Source of the DNA: Alphaproteobacteria bacterium
Lineage (GTDB): Bacteria; Pseudomonadota; Alphaproteobacteria; UBA7887
DNA length: 64,000 nt
Assembly: GCA_965216755.1 (NCBI GenBank)
Contig: CBDCGL010000011.1
Span: forward strand, 1,184,001-1,248,000
Direction of reading: 5' to 3'
Of this stretch, positions 38,057 through 48,562 are shown one piece after another. The translations under genes were made by a program, and so were the position numbers. Position 1 is the stretch's first letter; the number at the start of each line of letters is the position of its first letter. The notes beneath the pieces were generated by a model. The model was given only the letters and a program-made list of their open reading frames with translations, searched no databases and was not told where the DNA came from.

Positions 38057-40708
38057 CTAACCCGTTTTGTCGTCCAAGGCGGCATGCGCTGCGGCCAGAC
38101 GCGCAATCGGCACACGAAATGGCGAGCAAGACACATAGTCCAATCCGTTTTCGTGACAGAAGTAGATTGAATCGGGATCGCCGCCATGTTCACCGCAGAT
38201 CCCCAGTTTGATTTCCGGACGCGTGGCGCGGCCACGCTCGACCGCGATACGGATGAGCTCGCCGACACCGTCGCGGTCGATCGTCACAAAAGGATCGCGT
38301 GGAACCAATTTCAAATCTTCATATGTACCCAAGAATTGACCAGAATCATCGCGGCTGATGCCAAACGTTGTTTGCGTCAGATCGTTGGTACCAAAACTAA
38401 AGAATTCTGCGATTTCCGCAATATCGCCGGCACGCAAACACGCCCGCGGCAGTTCGATCATCGTACCCAGCAAATAGCGGACTGTCTTACCGGTCTCGCT
38501 TGCGATCTCAGACTCGACGGCGACGACTCGCTCCTGCAATCGCGCAAGCTCGCCGCGCGAAAAAGCCAAGGGGATCATGATTTCAGGCTCAGCATCGGTC
38601 TCAAGCGCCGCCTCAAAAATTGCGCGCACTTGCATTTCGTAAATCTCAGGATGGGTGATACCCAACCGACAACCCCGATGGCCAAGCATCGGATTAAGTT
38701 CATGCAGCTGAGCCGCGCGGTGCCGCACCGTTGCCTCGGGCGCACCCGTGGCCTCCGCAAGCTCCGCAAACTCCGCATCTGTCTTGGGCAAAAACTCGTG
38801 CAGCGGCGGATCCAACAGCCGAATTGTAACTGGCAATCCCTTCATGACTTCAAAGATTTCGATGAAATCCCGCCGTTGCATTGGTAGAATCCTAGCCATG
38901 GCACCGCGCCGTAGGTCCTCGCTCTCGGCCATGACCATTTCTCGCATGGCAACGATCCGATCGTCCTGAAAGAACATGTGCTCGGTACGGCACAGACCGA
39001 TGCCTTCGGCGCCGAAATCGCGCGCGGCGCGCACATCCGGGCCGGTTTCTGCATTGGTGCGCACCCTGAGACGACGATGCGCATCCGCCCAACCCATCAA
39101 CGTCTCAAAATCCGAACCCAGTTCCGGCATGATCGTCGGCACCTCGCCGACCATGACCTCGCCCGTCGATCCGTCGATGGTCACCGTGTCGCCGACCTTC
39201 AAGGTTCGGCCATTTGCAGATAAAGTCTGCGCCTTGTAGTCAATTCTGATCGAACCGGCGCCGGATACACAGGGCCGTCCCATGCCCCGTGCTACGACCG
39301 CGGCGTGGCTGGTCATCCCGCCGCGGGCCGTCAGTATCCCGCGTGCCGCATGCATGCCGTGAATGTCATCGGGGCTGGTTTCGACCCGCGCGAGGATGAC
39401 ATCTTGGCCGCGCTGCGCGCGCATTTCGGCGTCCGCCGCGTCCAACGACAAGACCCCGGATGCAGCGCCCGGCGAAGCTGCCAGACCACGCGCCAAAACC
39501 ACACGCTCCGCTTTCGGATCCAACATCGGGTGCAACAGTTGCTCCAACGACGCCGGATCGATCCGTCGCACAGCAGTGGCCGCATCGATCAGGCCTTCGT
39601 TGGCCATGTCGACGGCAATCTTCAACGCCGCGCGCGCTGTGCGTTTTCCCGAACGTGTTTGCAACATCCACAAACGGCCCTGCTGGACCGTAAACTCGAT
39701 ATCTTGCAAGTCGCGATAGTGGTTTTCGAGTTTGTCGAAAACGCCCAGCAACTGTTGAAAGACTTCCGGCATGACTTCTTCCATGGCCGGAAGATCAGAG
39801 TCGATGCTCGTACGACCATCTATTGACAGCGGCTGTGGTGTCCGGATCCCCGCGACGACGTCTTCGCCCTGGGCATTGACCAGATATTCGCCGTAAACGG
39901 ATTTCTCTCCGGTCGCTGGATTGCGGGTAAAAGCGACTCCCGTCGCACAGTTATCACCCATATTTCCAAAGACCATGCTTTGCACATTGACGGCAGTCCC
40001 CCATTCCGCCGGAATGTTATGGAGCTTTCTGTACGTGATCGCTCGCTGGTTCATCCAGCTGTTGAACACCGCGCCAATTGCCCCCCACAATTGTTCCTGC
40101 GGATCCTGTGGAAAGGGCCGGCCGAGCTCCTGTTGGACCTTGTCTTTATATTGCTCGACTAATTTTTTCCAATCGCCTTCGTCCAGTTCGGTATCAAGGG
40201 TCCTACCGCTATCTTCCTTATAGTTTGCTAACAGGTCTTCAAAATGATGATGGTCAACACCAAGCACCACATCGCCGTACATCTGAATGAAACGTCGGTA
40301 GCTGTCGAATGCGAACCGCGGATCATTACTGCCGGCGGCCAGACCTGCCACGGTTTCGTCGTTCAAGCCAAGATTCAGTACGGTATCCATCATGCCGGGC
40401 ATCGACGCTCGCGCCCCTGAGCGAACCGAAACCAGGAGCGGTTTGGCAGGATTGCCAAGTTCGCCGTCGACGGCAGATTCGATCTCGGCCAAAGCGGCAT
40501 GGAGTTGCTCGCGGAGTCCCTCCGGATAGCATCGATCATTTGCGTAAAACGACGTGCATACGTCCGTTGTGATTGTAAATCCGGGCGGAACGGGCAAACC
40601 CAAATTGCTCATTTCGGCGAGATTTGCCCCCTTGCCGCCCAGAAGCTCGCGCATTTCCGCGTTCCCGTCCGCGCTGCCGTTGCCAAACCTATACACCCAT
40701 TTGCTCAT
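38057..40708 (-). CDS. ppdK: Pyruvate phosphate dikinase
   Basis: LGGKGANLAEM, GGMTSHAAVVARG, GLCRTEHMF, FSFGTNDL, GICGEHGG. Confidence 0.97.
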   Translation of the reverse strand: MSKWVYRFGNGSADGNAEMRELLGGKGANLAEMSNLGLPVPPGFTITTDVCTSFYANDRCYPEGLREQLHAALAEIESAVDGELGNPAKPLLVSVRSGARASMPGMMDTVLNLGLNDETVAGLAAGSNDPRFAFDSYRRFIQMYGDVVLGVDHHHFEDLLANYKEDSGRTLDTELDEGDWKKLVEQYKDKVQQELGRPFPQDPQEQLWGAIGAVFNSWMNQRAITYRKLHNIPAEWGTAVNVQSMVFGNMGDNCATGVAFTRNPATGEKSVYGEYLVNAQGEDVVAGIRTPQPLSIDGRTSIDSDLPAMEEVMPEVFQQLLGVFDKLENHYRDLQDIEFTVQQGRLWMLQTRSGKRTARAALKIAVDMANEGLIDAATAVRRIDPASLEQLLHPMLDPKAERVVLARGLAASPGAASGVLSLDAADAEMRAQRGQDVILARVETSPDDIHGMHAARGILTARGGMTSHAAVVARGMGRPCVSGAGSIRIDYKAQTLSANGRTLKVGDTVTIDGSTGEVMVGEVPTIMPELGSDFETLMGWADAHRRLRVRTNAETGPDVRAARDFGAEGIGLCRTEHMFFQDDRIVAMREMVMAESEDLRRGAMARILPMQRRDFIEIFEVMKGLPVTIRLLDPPLHEFLPKTDAEFAELAEATGAPEATVRHRAAQLHELNPMLGHRGCRLGITHPEIYEMQVRAIFEAALETDAEPEIMIPLAFSRGELARLQERVVAVESEIASETGKTVRYLLGTMIELPRACLRAGDIAEIAEFFSFGTNDLTQTTFGISRDDSGQFLGTYEDLKLVPRDPFVTIDRDGVGELIRIAVERGRATRPEIKLGICGEHGGDPDSIYFCHENGLDYVSCSPFRVPIARLAAAHAALDDKTG

Positions 40709-40716
40709 GTCGTGAG

Positions 40717-42816
40717 CTACCCCTCTACCAAAGAGAAATCGGCGACCGCGCTCAACGCCCGCGGAATCTGCGACAGCAAACGCAGTCGATTGCGGCGAAC
40801 CTCGGGATCCTCGCAATTCACCGTGACATGGTCGAAGAACGCATCGACAGGTGCACGTAATTGCGCCAAGGCAGTCATTGCATCGCTATAGTTTTCCGTC
40901 GATAAAGCCGCAGCGATTGTTTCGCCAACCCGCGCCAGGTCACGGCTTAGTTGTCGCTCCTCGGCCTGTTCAAGCAGGCCTTCGTCGACCGGGTCACGAT
41001 AGCTGGTCTTGTCTTTTTTGGTCTCGATACGGACGATATTGCTGGCGCGTTTGTGAGCCGCCAACAAATTGCGGCCATCGTCAGTATCCAAGAAGTCCTT
41101 CAAGGCATTGGCGCGATCAACGACACGGACCAAATCATCGTCGCGGCCCGCCCCCAAAACCGCCGTCACCAAATCGTGGCGCAACCCCGATTCACGCATA
41201 TGAACCTTCAGGCGATCGGCAAAAAACGCCAGCAAATCGTCCGCCCGCGCCGAAATGACGTCATCGGCGAGCGCGGTCTTCGATCCATCTTGGGCCACCA
41301 CTTCGATCCCCCCGAGCGCCTTGTGAAACAGACCAAGCAAACCGATACGTAACCGGTTCTCCAGCATCAAACGGACTATGCCCAAGGCGGCCCGGCGCAA
41401 GGCAAATGGATCTTTTGAACCGGTTGGTTTCTCTTCAACAGCCCAAAAACCGGCAAGGGTATCGACCTTGTCGGCCAACGCGACGGCGACAGAAGCCGGT
41501 GCGCGCGGGCAATCGTCGTTGGGCCCCAGCGGCGAATAGTGCTCCGCGATCGCATCCGCGACCGCCGCCGGCTCGCCATCATGTCGTGCATAATACCTAC
41601 CCATGATCCCTTGCAGTTCAGGGAATTCATAAACCATGTCGGTCAGCAGATCGGCCTTACACAGCTGGGCGGCGCGTTGCGCGGCAGCGATATCTGTTCC
41701 GGGCACCAATTCCGCAATTTTGGTCGAAAGCGCAATCATGCGTCGCGCTTTGTCGGCGATGGTCCCGAGACGAGCGTGAAACACGATCTCGGACAGGCGT
41801 CCCGCACGCGCCGCCAATGTGGTCTTGCGGTCTTGATCCCAAAAGAACTTGGCATCGTGCAATCTTGCGCGCAGCACGCGCTCATTGCCGGCGACGATGG
41901 CCTCGCCGCCGTCTGGCGCCGCCAAGTTTGCGACAAGCACGAAACGCGGCGCCAGCTTGCCCGTGCTGTCGCGCAAGGCGATGAATTTCTGGTGGCTGCG
42001 CATTGCCGTGGTCAAAACCTCGGGCGGCAGCTCCATGAACGCGGTGTCCATGCTGCCGATCAAAGGCTCCGGCCATTCGACGAGCCCAGCCAGCTCGTCA
42101 AGGAGCGCGGGATCGTCCACCAACGCGAGCGCCGAACGTGCCGCCAATTCCGTGGCCCGCGCCACAATCTGCGCGCGCCTTTCCGCACCGTCGAGCACTA
42201 CGTAGTTGTCACGCAACTTCCGTTCATAGTCGGCGAAATCCACAATGTCGATTACATCGGGAGCCATAAAGCGGTGACCCTGAGTGGTCACGTTCGATGT
42301 GATGCCGTCACCAAGGTCGAGCCCGACCGGCGCGCCGTCAAAGGCGCATAAGACATTGTGAAGAGGTCGCACCCAACGCAGTTTGCCCGTGCCCCAACGC
42401 ATGGATTTTGGCCAGGGAAAGCGCGCGATCACGTCTGGCACAATCTCGCCAAGCAAATCGGCCGTCGGACGACCGTCCTGCGCAACAATTGCGACATGAA
42501 ACCGGCCCTTGCCGAGTTCGCGCTCCTCCAACTGAGCACGAGTCTGGCCGACCGAACGCAGAAAGCCGTCGATCGCCTGGTCTGGCGCGCCCACGCGCGG
42601 CCCGCGGCGCTCCTCGCGGATATCCGGTTGTGCCGCGTGAAGATCGTCGATAACCAGGGCCAGGCGTCGTGGCGTCGCAAAGCTACGCGCCGTACCATAG
42701 TCGAGACCGGCATCATCAAGACGTCCACAGATCAATCGCGTCAGATCCGCCGCCGCGCGCCCCTGCATGCGCGCGGGAATTTCCTCACTTAGAAGCTCAA
42801 TGAGCAGTTCGGGCAT
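40717..42816 (-). CDS. glyS: Glycyl-tRNA synthetase beta subunit
   Basis: ELLSEEIPARMQ, TPRRL, FPWPKSMRWG, EFPELQG, TGSKDPFALRR. Confidence 0.97.
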   Translation of the reverse strand: MPELLIELLSEEIPARMQGRAAADLTRLICGRLDDAGLDYGTARSFATPRRLALVIDDLHAAQPDIREERRGPRVGAPDQAIDGFLRSVGQTRAQLEERELGKGRFHVAIVAQDGRPTADLLGEIVPDVIARFPWPKSMRWGTGKLRWVRPLHNVLCAFDGAPVGLDLGDGITSNVTTQGHRFMAPDVIDIVDFADYERKLRDNYVVLDGAERRAQIVARATELAARSALALVDDPALLDELAGLVEWPEPLIGSMDTAFMELPPEVLTTAMRSHQKFIALRDSTGKLAPRFVLVANLAAPDGGEAIVAGNERVLRARLHDAKFFWDQDRKTTLAARAGRLSEIVFHARLGTIADKARRMIALSTKIAELVPGTDIAAAQRAAQLCKADLLTDMVYEFPELQGIMGRYYARHDGEPAAVADAIAEHYSPLGPNDDCPRAPASVAVALADKVDTLAGFWAVEEKPTGSKDPFALRRAALGIVRLMLENRLRIGLLGLFHKALGGIEVVAQDGSKTALADDVISARADDLLAFFADRLKVHMRESGLRHDLVTAVLGAGRDDDLVRVVDRANALKDFLDTDDGRNLLAAHKRASNIVRIETKKDKTSYRDPVDEGLLEQAEERQLSRDLARVGETIAAALSTENYSDAMTALAQLRAPVDAFFDHVTVNCEDPEVRRNRLRLLSQIPRALSAVADFSLVEG

Positions 42817-42819
42817 GAC

Positions 42820-43119
42820 CTAGAGCAGTGTCCGACAATATTGAATCAATTCTGTTTGCGGCCCGGCGTGGCGATCCACGCGCAGGCCGGCGCAGCGCAA
42901 TGTTGTTTCATCGGGCAAGCCATTCGGCAATGTGGTCGTCCACATGGATTCCCATTGGCGTCGCCCGCCAGTCGCAAACCCGCAGGGCCGGGCGCTCTTG
43001 TGTCAAATCCAGCGCGGCGGCCCTTGGCCGTATGCTCGATACGACCGGCACGTCGCCGCTCGGCCTTGACACAAAATCGCTCCGGCAGAATGGATCAATG
43101 TTGTCGGACACTGCTCTAG
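42820..43119. mobile_element. 300-bp MITE-like element with terminal inverted repeats and CTAG ends
   Basis: TIRs CTAGAGCAGTGTCCGACAA(T/C)ATTGA match 24/25; internal IR TTGTGTCAA/TTGACACAA; partial second copy at 61177. Confidence 0.85.
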
Positions 43120-43127
43120 ACCCAGGC

Positions 43128-44003
43128 TTATGCTGTGCTCTCAATTGCCAGCCAGGCTTCACAGCAACGCTTGGCCAGCGCGCGCACGCGGCCGATATAG
43201 GCGGCGCGCTCCGCAACGCTGATCACCCCACGCGCATCCAACAAATTGAACAAATGACTTGCCGCAATGCACTGGTCGTACGCCGGCAACGGCAGCTTCT
43301 CGTCGACGAGCGTATTGCATTCGGTTTCCGCATCGACGAAGTGACGACGCAACATGTCGACATCAGCGACCGTGAAGTTGTGGTGGGAATATTCACGCTC
43401 TGCTTGCAGGAATACGTCACCATAGGATACACCGGCTCCATTCCAATCCAGATCGTAAACGTTTTCAACACCTTGGATATACATGGCCAATCTTTCGAGA
43501 CCATATGTCAATTCGCCTGAAACCGGGTCGCAGTCAAAGCCACCAACCTGCTGAAAATAGGTGAATTGCGATACTTCCATGCCGTCGCACCAGACCTCCC
43601 ACCCCAGCCCCCAGGCACCCAAGGTTGGACTTTCCCAATCGTCTTCGACAAATCGAATATCGTGAACTGCCGAATCGATCCCCAGCGTGCTTAGGCTTTC
43701 CAGATATAGATCTTGGATGTTGGCGGGCGACGGCTTCAGGATGACCTGGAACTGATAGTAATGTTGTAACCGGTTGGGATTTTCACCGTAGCGTCCGTCG
43801 GTCGGCCGGCGTGACGGCTGAACATATGCGACGTTCCATGGCTTTGGCCCCAGACTCCGCAACAATGTGGCCGGATGAAACGTGCCGGCGCCAACCATCA
43901 TGTCGTAGGGCTGAAGGATCACACAGCCCTTCTCCGCCCAATAGGTTTGTAGCCTGATAATCAGCGCTTGGAACGTCGGCACGCCGGGCTTGCCTGCGGC
44001 CAT
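43128..44003 (-). CDS. glyQ: Glycyl-tRNA synthetase alpha subunit
   Basis: [49 protein letters not shown]. Confidence 0.97.
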   Translation of the reverse strand: MAAGKPGVPTFQALIIRLQTYWAEKGCVILQPYDMMVGAGTFHPATLLRSLGPKPWNVAYVQPSRRPTDGRYGENPNRLQHYYQFQVILKPSPANIQDLYLESLSTLGIDSAVHDIRFVEDDWESPTLGAWGLGWEVWCDGMEVSQFTYFQQVGGFDCDPVSGELTYGLERLAMYIQGVENVYDLDWNGAGVSYGDVFLQAEREYSHHNFTVADVDMLRRHFVDAETECNTLVDEKLPLPAYDQCIAASHLFNLLDARGVISVAERAAYIGRVRALAKRCCEAWLAIESTA

Positions 44004-44109
44004 GGCTCAATGTCCTGGGGCAGAGTTGGGTAAGCGGGCGCAACATACGGGTGGCCCCACATTGGGTCAAGCGGCACGCGGGCCGGCACACGGCAAGGCA
44101 ACACGGTCC

Positions 44110-44373
44110 TCATCCGGGATACGGGCAATCATCTCGACCACAGGCCCGGGCACCGCCGACACTTACATAGGTACCGCAGCTGGGACATGCGACCATGTCC
44201 TCTGTGTCGTTTGACGCGGCTTCGGATCGGCGGCTCTTGGGTGTCTTGCGCGCCGCCGCCTTAACGCGCTGCTTGCGCTCAGCGTCGAGGCGCCCAACCA
44301 TCTTGAAGCCATACCAGACGATCAGCACGATGGCGATCGTGAACAACAGCTTAGTTAGGCTAAAGCCGAACAT
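44110..44373 (-). CDS. Small membrane protein with C-terminal Cys4 knuckle
   Basis: MFGFSLTKLL TM; EDMVACPSCGTYV...CGRDDCPY. Confidence 0.7.
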   Translation of the reverse strand: MFGFSLTKLLFTIAIVLIVWYGFKMVGRLDAERKQRVKAAARKTPKSRRSEAASNDTEDMVACPSCGTYVSVGGARACGRDDCPYPG

Positions 44374-44408
44374 CGCCCCTCACCCAAAGCAGTTCCTCGT
44401 ATTCCTGG

Positions 44409-45245
44409 CTAGAGACCGAAACGCGCCCAGACGGCGCGCGCCTCAAGCGCCGCGACAACGCCTGATATCAGATCCGGCGTCCCACCCGCGAAATCGTCCG
44501 GTGCGGTCATGCGCAGCCGACGTCGTATCCAACCTCGGCTTGCTTGCACCAATTTTAGCTTTACCTTATCGCCGAACCGCTCACGCAAAATCGTGCGCAT
44601 ATCTCCAATGCCGTCAACCAGACCCAATTGCTGCGCCTGTGTGCCGGTCCAAATATCGCCGTTGAACAACGCGTCGTCATCCGCTTTCAACCGCCGCCCA
44701 CGTCGGTCGCGCACGTGCTGCTTAAACGATTCAAATATGTCTTTTTGAATGGATTCGAGACGCGCCACGTCCTCATCCTTGGCCGGGCTGAACGGGTCCA
44801 ACAGGGCCTTGTGTGCTCCCTGCGCATAAATGCGACGCTCGACGCCTACCTTTTTCAATGCCTCGGTGAAGCCAAAACTTGCCGATATGACGCCGATCGA
44901 TCCGACAATCGAAGTCGACTCCGCAAAAATCTCATCACCAGCGCAAGCCAACCAATAACCACCTGACGCGGCCACGTCTTCAACGAACGCGAAAACCGGC
45001 AAGTCCTTCTCGCGCGCCAAGGCGCGGATGCGTTTGCCAATCAATGTCGATTGCACCGGCGACCCACCAGGCGAGTTGATCGCCAGGGCGACCGCGCGGG
45101 CGCCACGCAGGGCAAAGGCATGTTGGATCGGGCCAGCCAAGTCGGCCAGATTCAGCGCGCCGCGAAACGGTTGCGCCGTCGGCGAGATTACGCCTGACAG
45201 CCGCAGAACAGGTACGATCGGTGCCGAAGACCGAAACGGCCACAT
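44409..45245 (-). CDS. S49 family peptidase (SppA/SohB-like)
   Basis: INSPGGSPVQS, VAASGGYWLA, SIVGSIGV. Confidence 0.9.
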   Translation of the reverse strand: MWPFRSSAPIVPVLRLSGVISPTAQPFRGALNLADLAGPIQHAFALRGARAVALAINSPGGSPVQSTLIGKRIRALAREKDLPVFAFVEDVAASGGYWLACAGDEIFAESTSIVGSIGVISASFGFTEALKKVGVERRIYAQGAHKALLDPFSPAKDEDVARLESIQKDIFESFKQHVRDRRGRRLKADDDALFNGDIWTGTQAQQLGLVDGIGDMRTILRERFGDKVKLKLVQASRGWIRRRLRMTAPDDFAGGTPDLISGVVAALEARAVWARFGL

Positions 45246-45331
45246 TTTACTTGTTACTTGCCATTGCCTATAGACCGACACCGAGCGCAAGTCGACGACG
45301 ATCGGGGGTTCGTGGTTTAGCACGCGCCATG

Positions 45332-46084
45332 TCATAGAACCAGAGCTTGTGCGTCTCGCAAGACCGCGCGCGCCGCCGATGTATATTCGCCGCCGTCTTG
45401 GTGCAAGACAAGGCCGGGGGCGATCCGGCTTGGTGTCGCAACATCGCGTCGTCCTTGCACCAGCACCCGCTTGGCCGCCCGCCCCGCACGCGGCCATAAC
45501 GGATAGATCACAAGCCCGCCGAAAATACCGTTCATAGCCTGCAGCAAGTCGTCTACTCGATCGGCCCGGTGAATAAACGTGACAGTCCCTTTCGCTCGGA
45601 CCTGTTTTGCGGCGCATTGGATCCAATCATCCAAGCTGCCACGAACTTCGACACGACTGGCGTCCCTACGGCAACTCGGCGGCGCGCGATCTAAAGTCAT
45701 ATAAGGCGGGTTGGCCAACACATGATCATAGTCCCCAGTTAGCGACGCGTGCGGCGCCACAATATCGCCAACGTAAACGTCGATCTGGCGCTGGAAACCG
45801 TTTGCATACGCGTTGCGGGCCGCCAGGGCAGCACGGTCAGCGTCCAGTTCCAGACCATCCAGCGTGCAACCAGGCACGCGCGCGATCAGGCATAGCGCAG
45901 CCGCACCACAGCCGACGCCGAGTTCGAGCACCCGCTGGCCACGCTTGACCGGGACCGCCGCGGCCAACAAGACCGGGTCGATGGCGACTCGATAGCCGAG
46001 CGTTGGCTGCGATAATGTGACCCGCCCGTCAAGTAGGGTATCGGTCGTCGACAGCTCATCACGACCAACCATGACGCTACTCAT
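45332..46084 (-). CDS. tRNA1(Val) A37 N6-methyltransferase-like
   Basis: GYRVAIDPVLLAA, LELGVGCGAA, ANPPY; start uncertain (46105/46084/46072). Confidence 0.85.
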   Translation of the reverse strand: MSSVMVGRDELSTTDTLLDGRVTLSQPTLGYRVAIDPVLLAAAVPVKRGQRVLELGVGCGAAALCLIARVPGCTLDGLELDADRAALAARNAYANGFQRQIDVYVGDIVAPHASLTGDYDHVLANPPYMTLDRAPPSCRRDASRVEVRGSLDDWIQCAAKQVRAKGTVTFIHRADRVDDLLQAMNGIFGGLVIYPLWPRAGRAAKRVLVQGRRDVATPSRIAPGLVLHQDGGEYTSAARAVLRDAQALVL

Positions 46085-46295
46085 TGGTATATTCGATATC
46101 TGCATCCGTCAGCACCCGCCGCGCCTGGCTGAGGTCGTCGTCAGCCACCATGATGCGGCGCGGAAGGACGCCAATCGAACCTTCCAGAATGCTCATATTG
46201 GTGTCGAGCACGACCGGATCGATATGCGCATCACGCAGCAACGCGCAAACCCACGAAATCTTGACCGGGTCGCTGGTTTTCAAGATTAGCTTCAA
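46077..46295 (-). CDS. DUF2007-like small protein
   Basis: KTSDPVKIS, DTNMSILEGSIGVLPRRIMV; usual position beside ispB. Confidence 0.8.
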   Translation of the reverse strand: MKLILKTSDPVKISWVCALLRDAHIDPVVLDTNMSILEGSIGVLPRRIMVADDDLSQARRVLTDADIEYTNE

Positions 46296-46456
46296 AGACC
46301 AATATCCATCTATCGAGTCGGATTTCGTTGGGCGGTACAGGCGCTTGACCGCCCGCGCACCGCGCTTCTATGCTCGGCGGCGCTGGGCGGCCCGTCAAGT
46401 CGTCGAACAGTCGACAGCCTGAGCCCCGACCCTGTCATCGAAGGAGGACCAGCATT

Positions 46457-47479
46457 GTGGCGATAGCCACCGACCCCAATGCCGTGCCGTTGCGGGCGAC
46501 GAGAGCTTCGCTCGACGATGTTCAAGCGCCGATCCGCGGCGATCTGCTCGCCGTCAACCGGTTGATATTGGACCGCATGCAGAGTTCGGTGGGCCTGATC
46601 CCGCAGCTTGCCGGGCATATTGTGTCGTCGGGTGGTAAACGCATTCGTCCGACATTGACACTCTTGGCCGCACGCCTGTGCGAATATGCCGGGCGCCGGC
46701 AAATTGCCTTGGCTGCCTGCGTAGAATTCATCCATACCGCAACGCTATTACACGACGACGTGGTCGATGTGAGTGCGCTGCGCCGCGGTCAGGCAACCGC
46801 AAATGCCGTGTGGGGCAACCAGGCGAGTGTTTTGGTCGGCGATTTTCTGTTCAGTCGAGCATTTCAGCTGATGGTTAAAGACGGCTCGCTGCGCGTGTTG
46901 GACATACTCTCGAACGCATCGGCGGTGATTGCGGAAGGCGAAGTGATGCAGCTGGTCACGTCCAACGACGTTGGCACCAGCGAGGCCGACTATTTAGCCG
47001 TCATCACCGCAAAGACAGCGACACTGTTTGCGGCAGCTTGCGAAATTGGTGGGGTTGTCGCCGAAAGACCAGCGCGCGAGTGCGAGGCCCTGGCGGAATT
47101 TGGCCTGAATCTTGGTATCGCGTTTCAACTGATCGATGATTGGTTGGACTATGCGGCTAACGACAGCGCGCTCGGGAAATCCGTGGGCGACGATTTTCGC
47201 GAAGGCAAGATCACGTTGCCTGTGGTCTTGGCATATGCGCGCGGCAGTGAGGCAGAAAGGAGCTTTTGGCGGCGCACCGTTGTCGAGTGCGAGCAGGCCG
47301 AAGGTGACTTCGCACGCGCGGCTCAGTATATGGCAGCCCATGGCGCTTTCGAAGCGACTTTAGAAAAGGCGCAGAGCTATGCTAATGCTGCGCGTGCGGC
47401 CTTACGCGGGTTTGCGGACAGCACGCCCAAACGCGCACTCCTGGCAGCGGTCGATGTCTGTGTCGAGCGAACATGTTGA
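46457..47479 (+). CDS. ispB: Polyprenyl (octa/decaprenyl) diphosphate synthase
   Basis: GGKRIRP, LLHDDVVD, FQLIDD, GDDFREGK; GGAGG RBS before GTG. Confidence 0.92.
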   Translation: MAIATDPNAVPLRATRASLDDVQAPIRGDLLAVNRLILDRMQSSVGLIPQLAGHIVSSGGKRIRPTLTLLAARLCEYAGRRQIALAACVEFIHTATLLHDDVVDVSALRRGQATANAVWGNQASVLVGDFLFSRAFQLMVKDGSLRVLDILSNASAVIAEGEVMQLVTSNDVGTSEADYLAVITAKTATLFAAACEIGGVVAERPARECEALAEFGLNLGIAFQLIDDWLDYAANDSALGKSVGDDFREGKITLPVVLAYARGSEAERSFWRRTVVECEQAEGDFARAAQYMAAHGAFEATLEKAQSYANAARAALRGFADSTPKRALLAAVDVCVERTC

Positions 47480-47560
47480 CCGTTGGCTGAGATGGCGGGT
47501 CGGACCGGCCCGCACGGCCGCACAGAGCAGCCCTGATCGTCAATTCAACGGAAATCAACC

Positions 47561-48040
47561 TCAGGCATCGGACGATTCAGATTGCGCCTGGATATAGTTC
47601 TGCAGCCCCATCCGTTCGATTAATCCCAGCTGTGTCTCCAGCCAATCGACGTGCCCTTCTTCGCTCGCGAGAATCTCCCGAAAGAGCTTCCGGCTCACAA
47701 AGTCCTCGACTTGCTCACAATGCACAATCGCTTCGCGCAAAGCGGGCATCGCCGCATTCTCAAGTCGTAAATCGCATGCCAGAATTTCGGCGACGTCCTC
47801 GCCGATCGTGAGCTTGCCGAGATCTTGAAGATTGGGCAAACCTTCCAGGAAGAGGATTCGCTCGATCAAGTGGTCCGCATGACGCATTTCGTCCATCGAC
47901 TCGGCATATTCGTGGACCGCCAGTTTTGCGACACCCCAATCCTTGAGCATTCGCGAATGCAGGAAATATTGGTTGATTGCGGTCAACTCGTTCTTCAGCA
48001 CCGCATTCAAATGCTTGATGACGCCTTTATCACCCTTCAT
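47561..48040 (-). CDS. bfr: Bacterioferritin
   Basis: [41 protein letters not shown]. Confidence 0.96.
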   Translation of the reverse strand: MKGDKGVIKHLNAVLKNELTAINQYFLHSRMLKDWGVAKLAVHEYAESMDEMRHADHLIERILFLEGLPNLQDLGKLTIGEDVAEILACDLRLENAAMPALREAIVHCEQVEDFVSRKLFREILASEEGHVDWLETQLGLIERMGLQNYIQAQSESSDA

Positions 48041-48239
48041 GGCAAACGAATTTGTCTCCTCCAACGGGTGCTACGATCGGCAAATGGCACACCAAACTGC
48101 CTAGCGCCGCACCACCGACCGACCCGCGTTTAGGGCCGCACAATCCGATTGGCAAGCACTTTCGCCACCGCGCAAACGCGAAATCCGAAAATGGGCACGC
48201 GTCGCCCCCTCAACGCCGTGCCTACAGCCGCCCCACTTC

Positions 48240-48437
48240 CTAATCGGCAGGCGTCGACTGCGTTTCCGTCTGATCTAGCCAATCCGCGACTGTCTGGAAC
48301 GCATCAAGTCGGCGTTGCTCGGGATGGTAATGCCGGTAAACCCGAACGGCGGCGTCAAACGCACGCGCCTCGTCGTGATTGGCTTTCCGAAGCTCCACAT
48401 AAGTGTTGGTGACGGCTTTTTGGCACTGACACGCCAT
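48240..48437 (-). CDS. Small hypothetical protein upstream of bfr
   Basis: 65-aa ORF MACQCQKAV...YRHYHPE...VADWLD, co-oriented with bfr. Confidence 0.6.
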   Translation of the reverse strand: MACQCQKAVTNTYVELRKANHDEARAFDAAVRVYRHYHPEQRRLDAFQTVADWLDQTETQSTPAD

Positions 48438-48452
48438 GACTGAGCCCCATAC

Positions 48453-48467
48453 TGAGATCGATTATCA
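48453..48467. promoter_or_regulatory. Fur/iron-box-like palindrome
   Basis: Minus strand TGATAAT-C-GATCTCA; perfect left half of the 7-1-7 Fur motif, also TGA-N9-TCA. Confidence 0.45.
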
Positions 48468-48562
48468 CTTGCGATTTTGACCCTAAATTTCCCATGGGTA
48501 AACCGCTTTTTTCTTATACAAGGAATCTGATCATAAACGGATGATTTTAGGCTGCGGTGCGA

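Noticed and set aside
42820-43119. T-box or glycine riboswitch in glyQS
   Set aside because: No T-box consensus; TIRs, CTAG duplication and a second copy indicate a mobile repeat
42828-43520. 230-aa plus-strand ORF
   Set aside because: Translation of the MITE running antisense into glyQ; no transposase motifs
44110-44373. TatA/TatB call
   Set aside because: Lacks the FGP hinge and has a Cys4 tail; no tatC nearby
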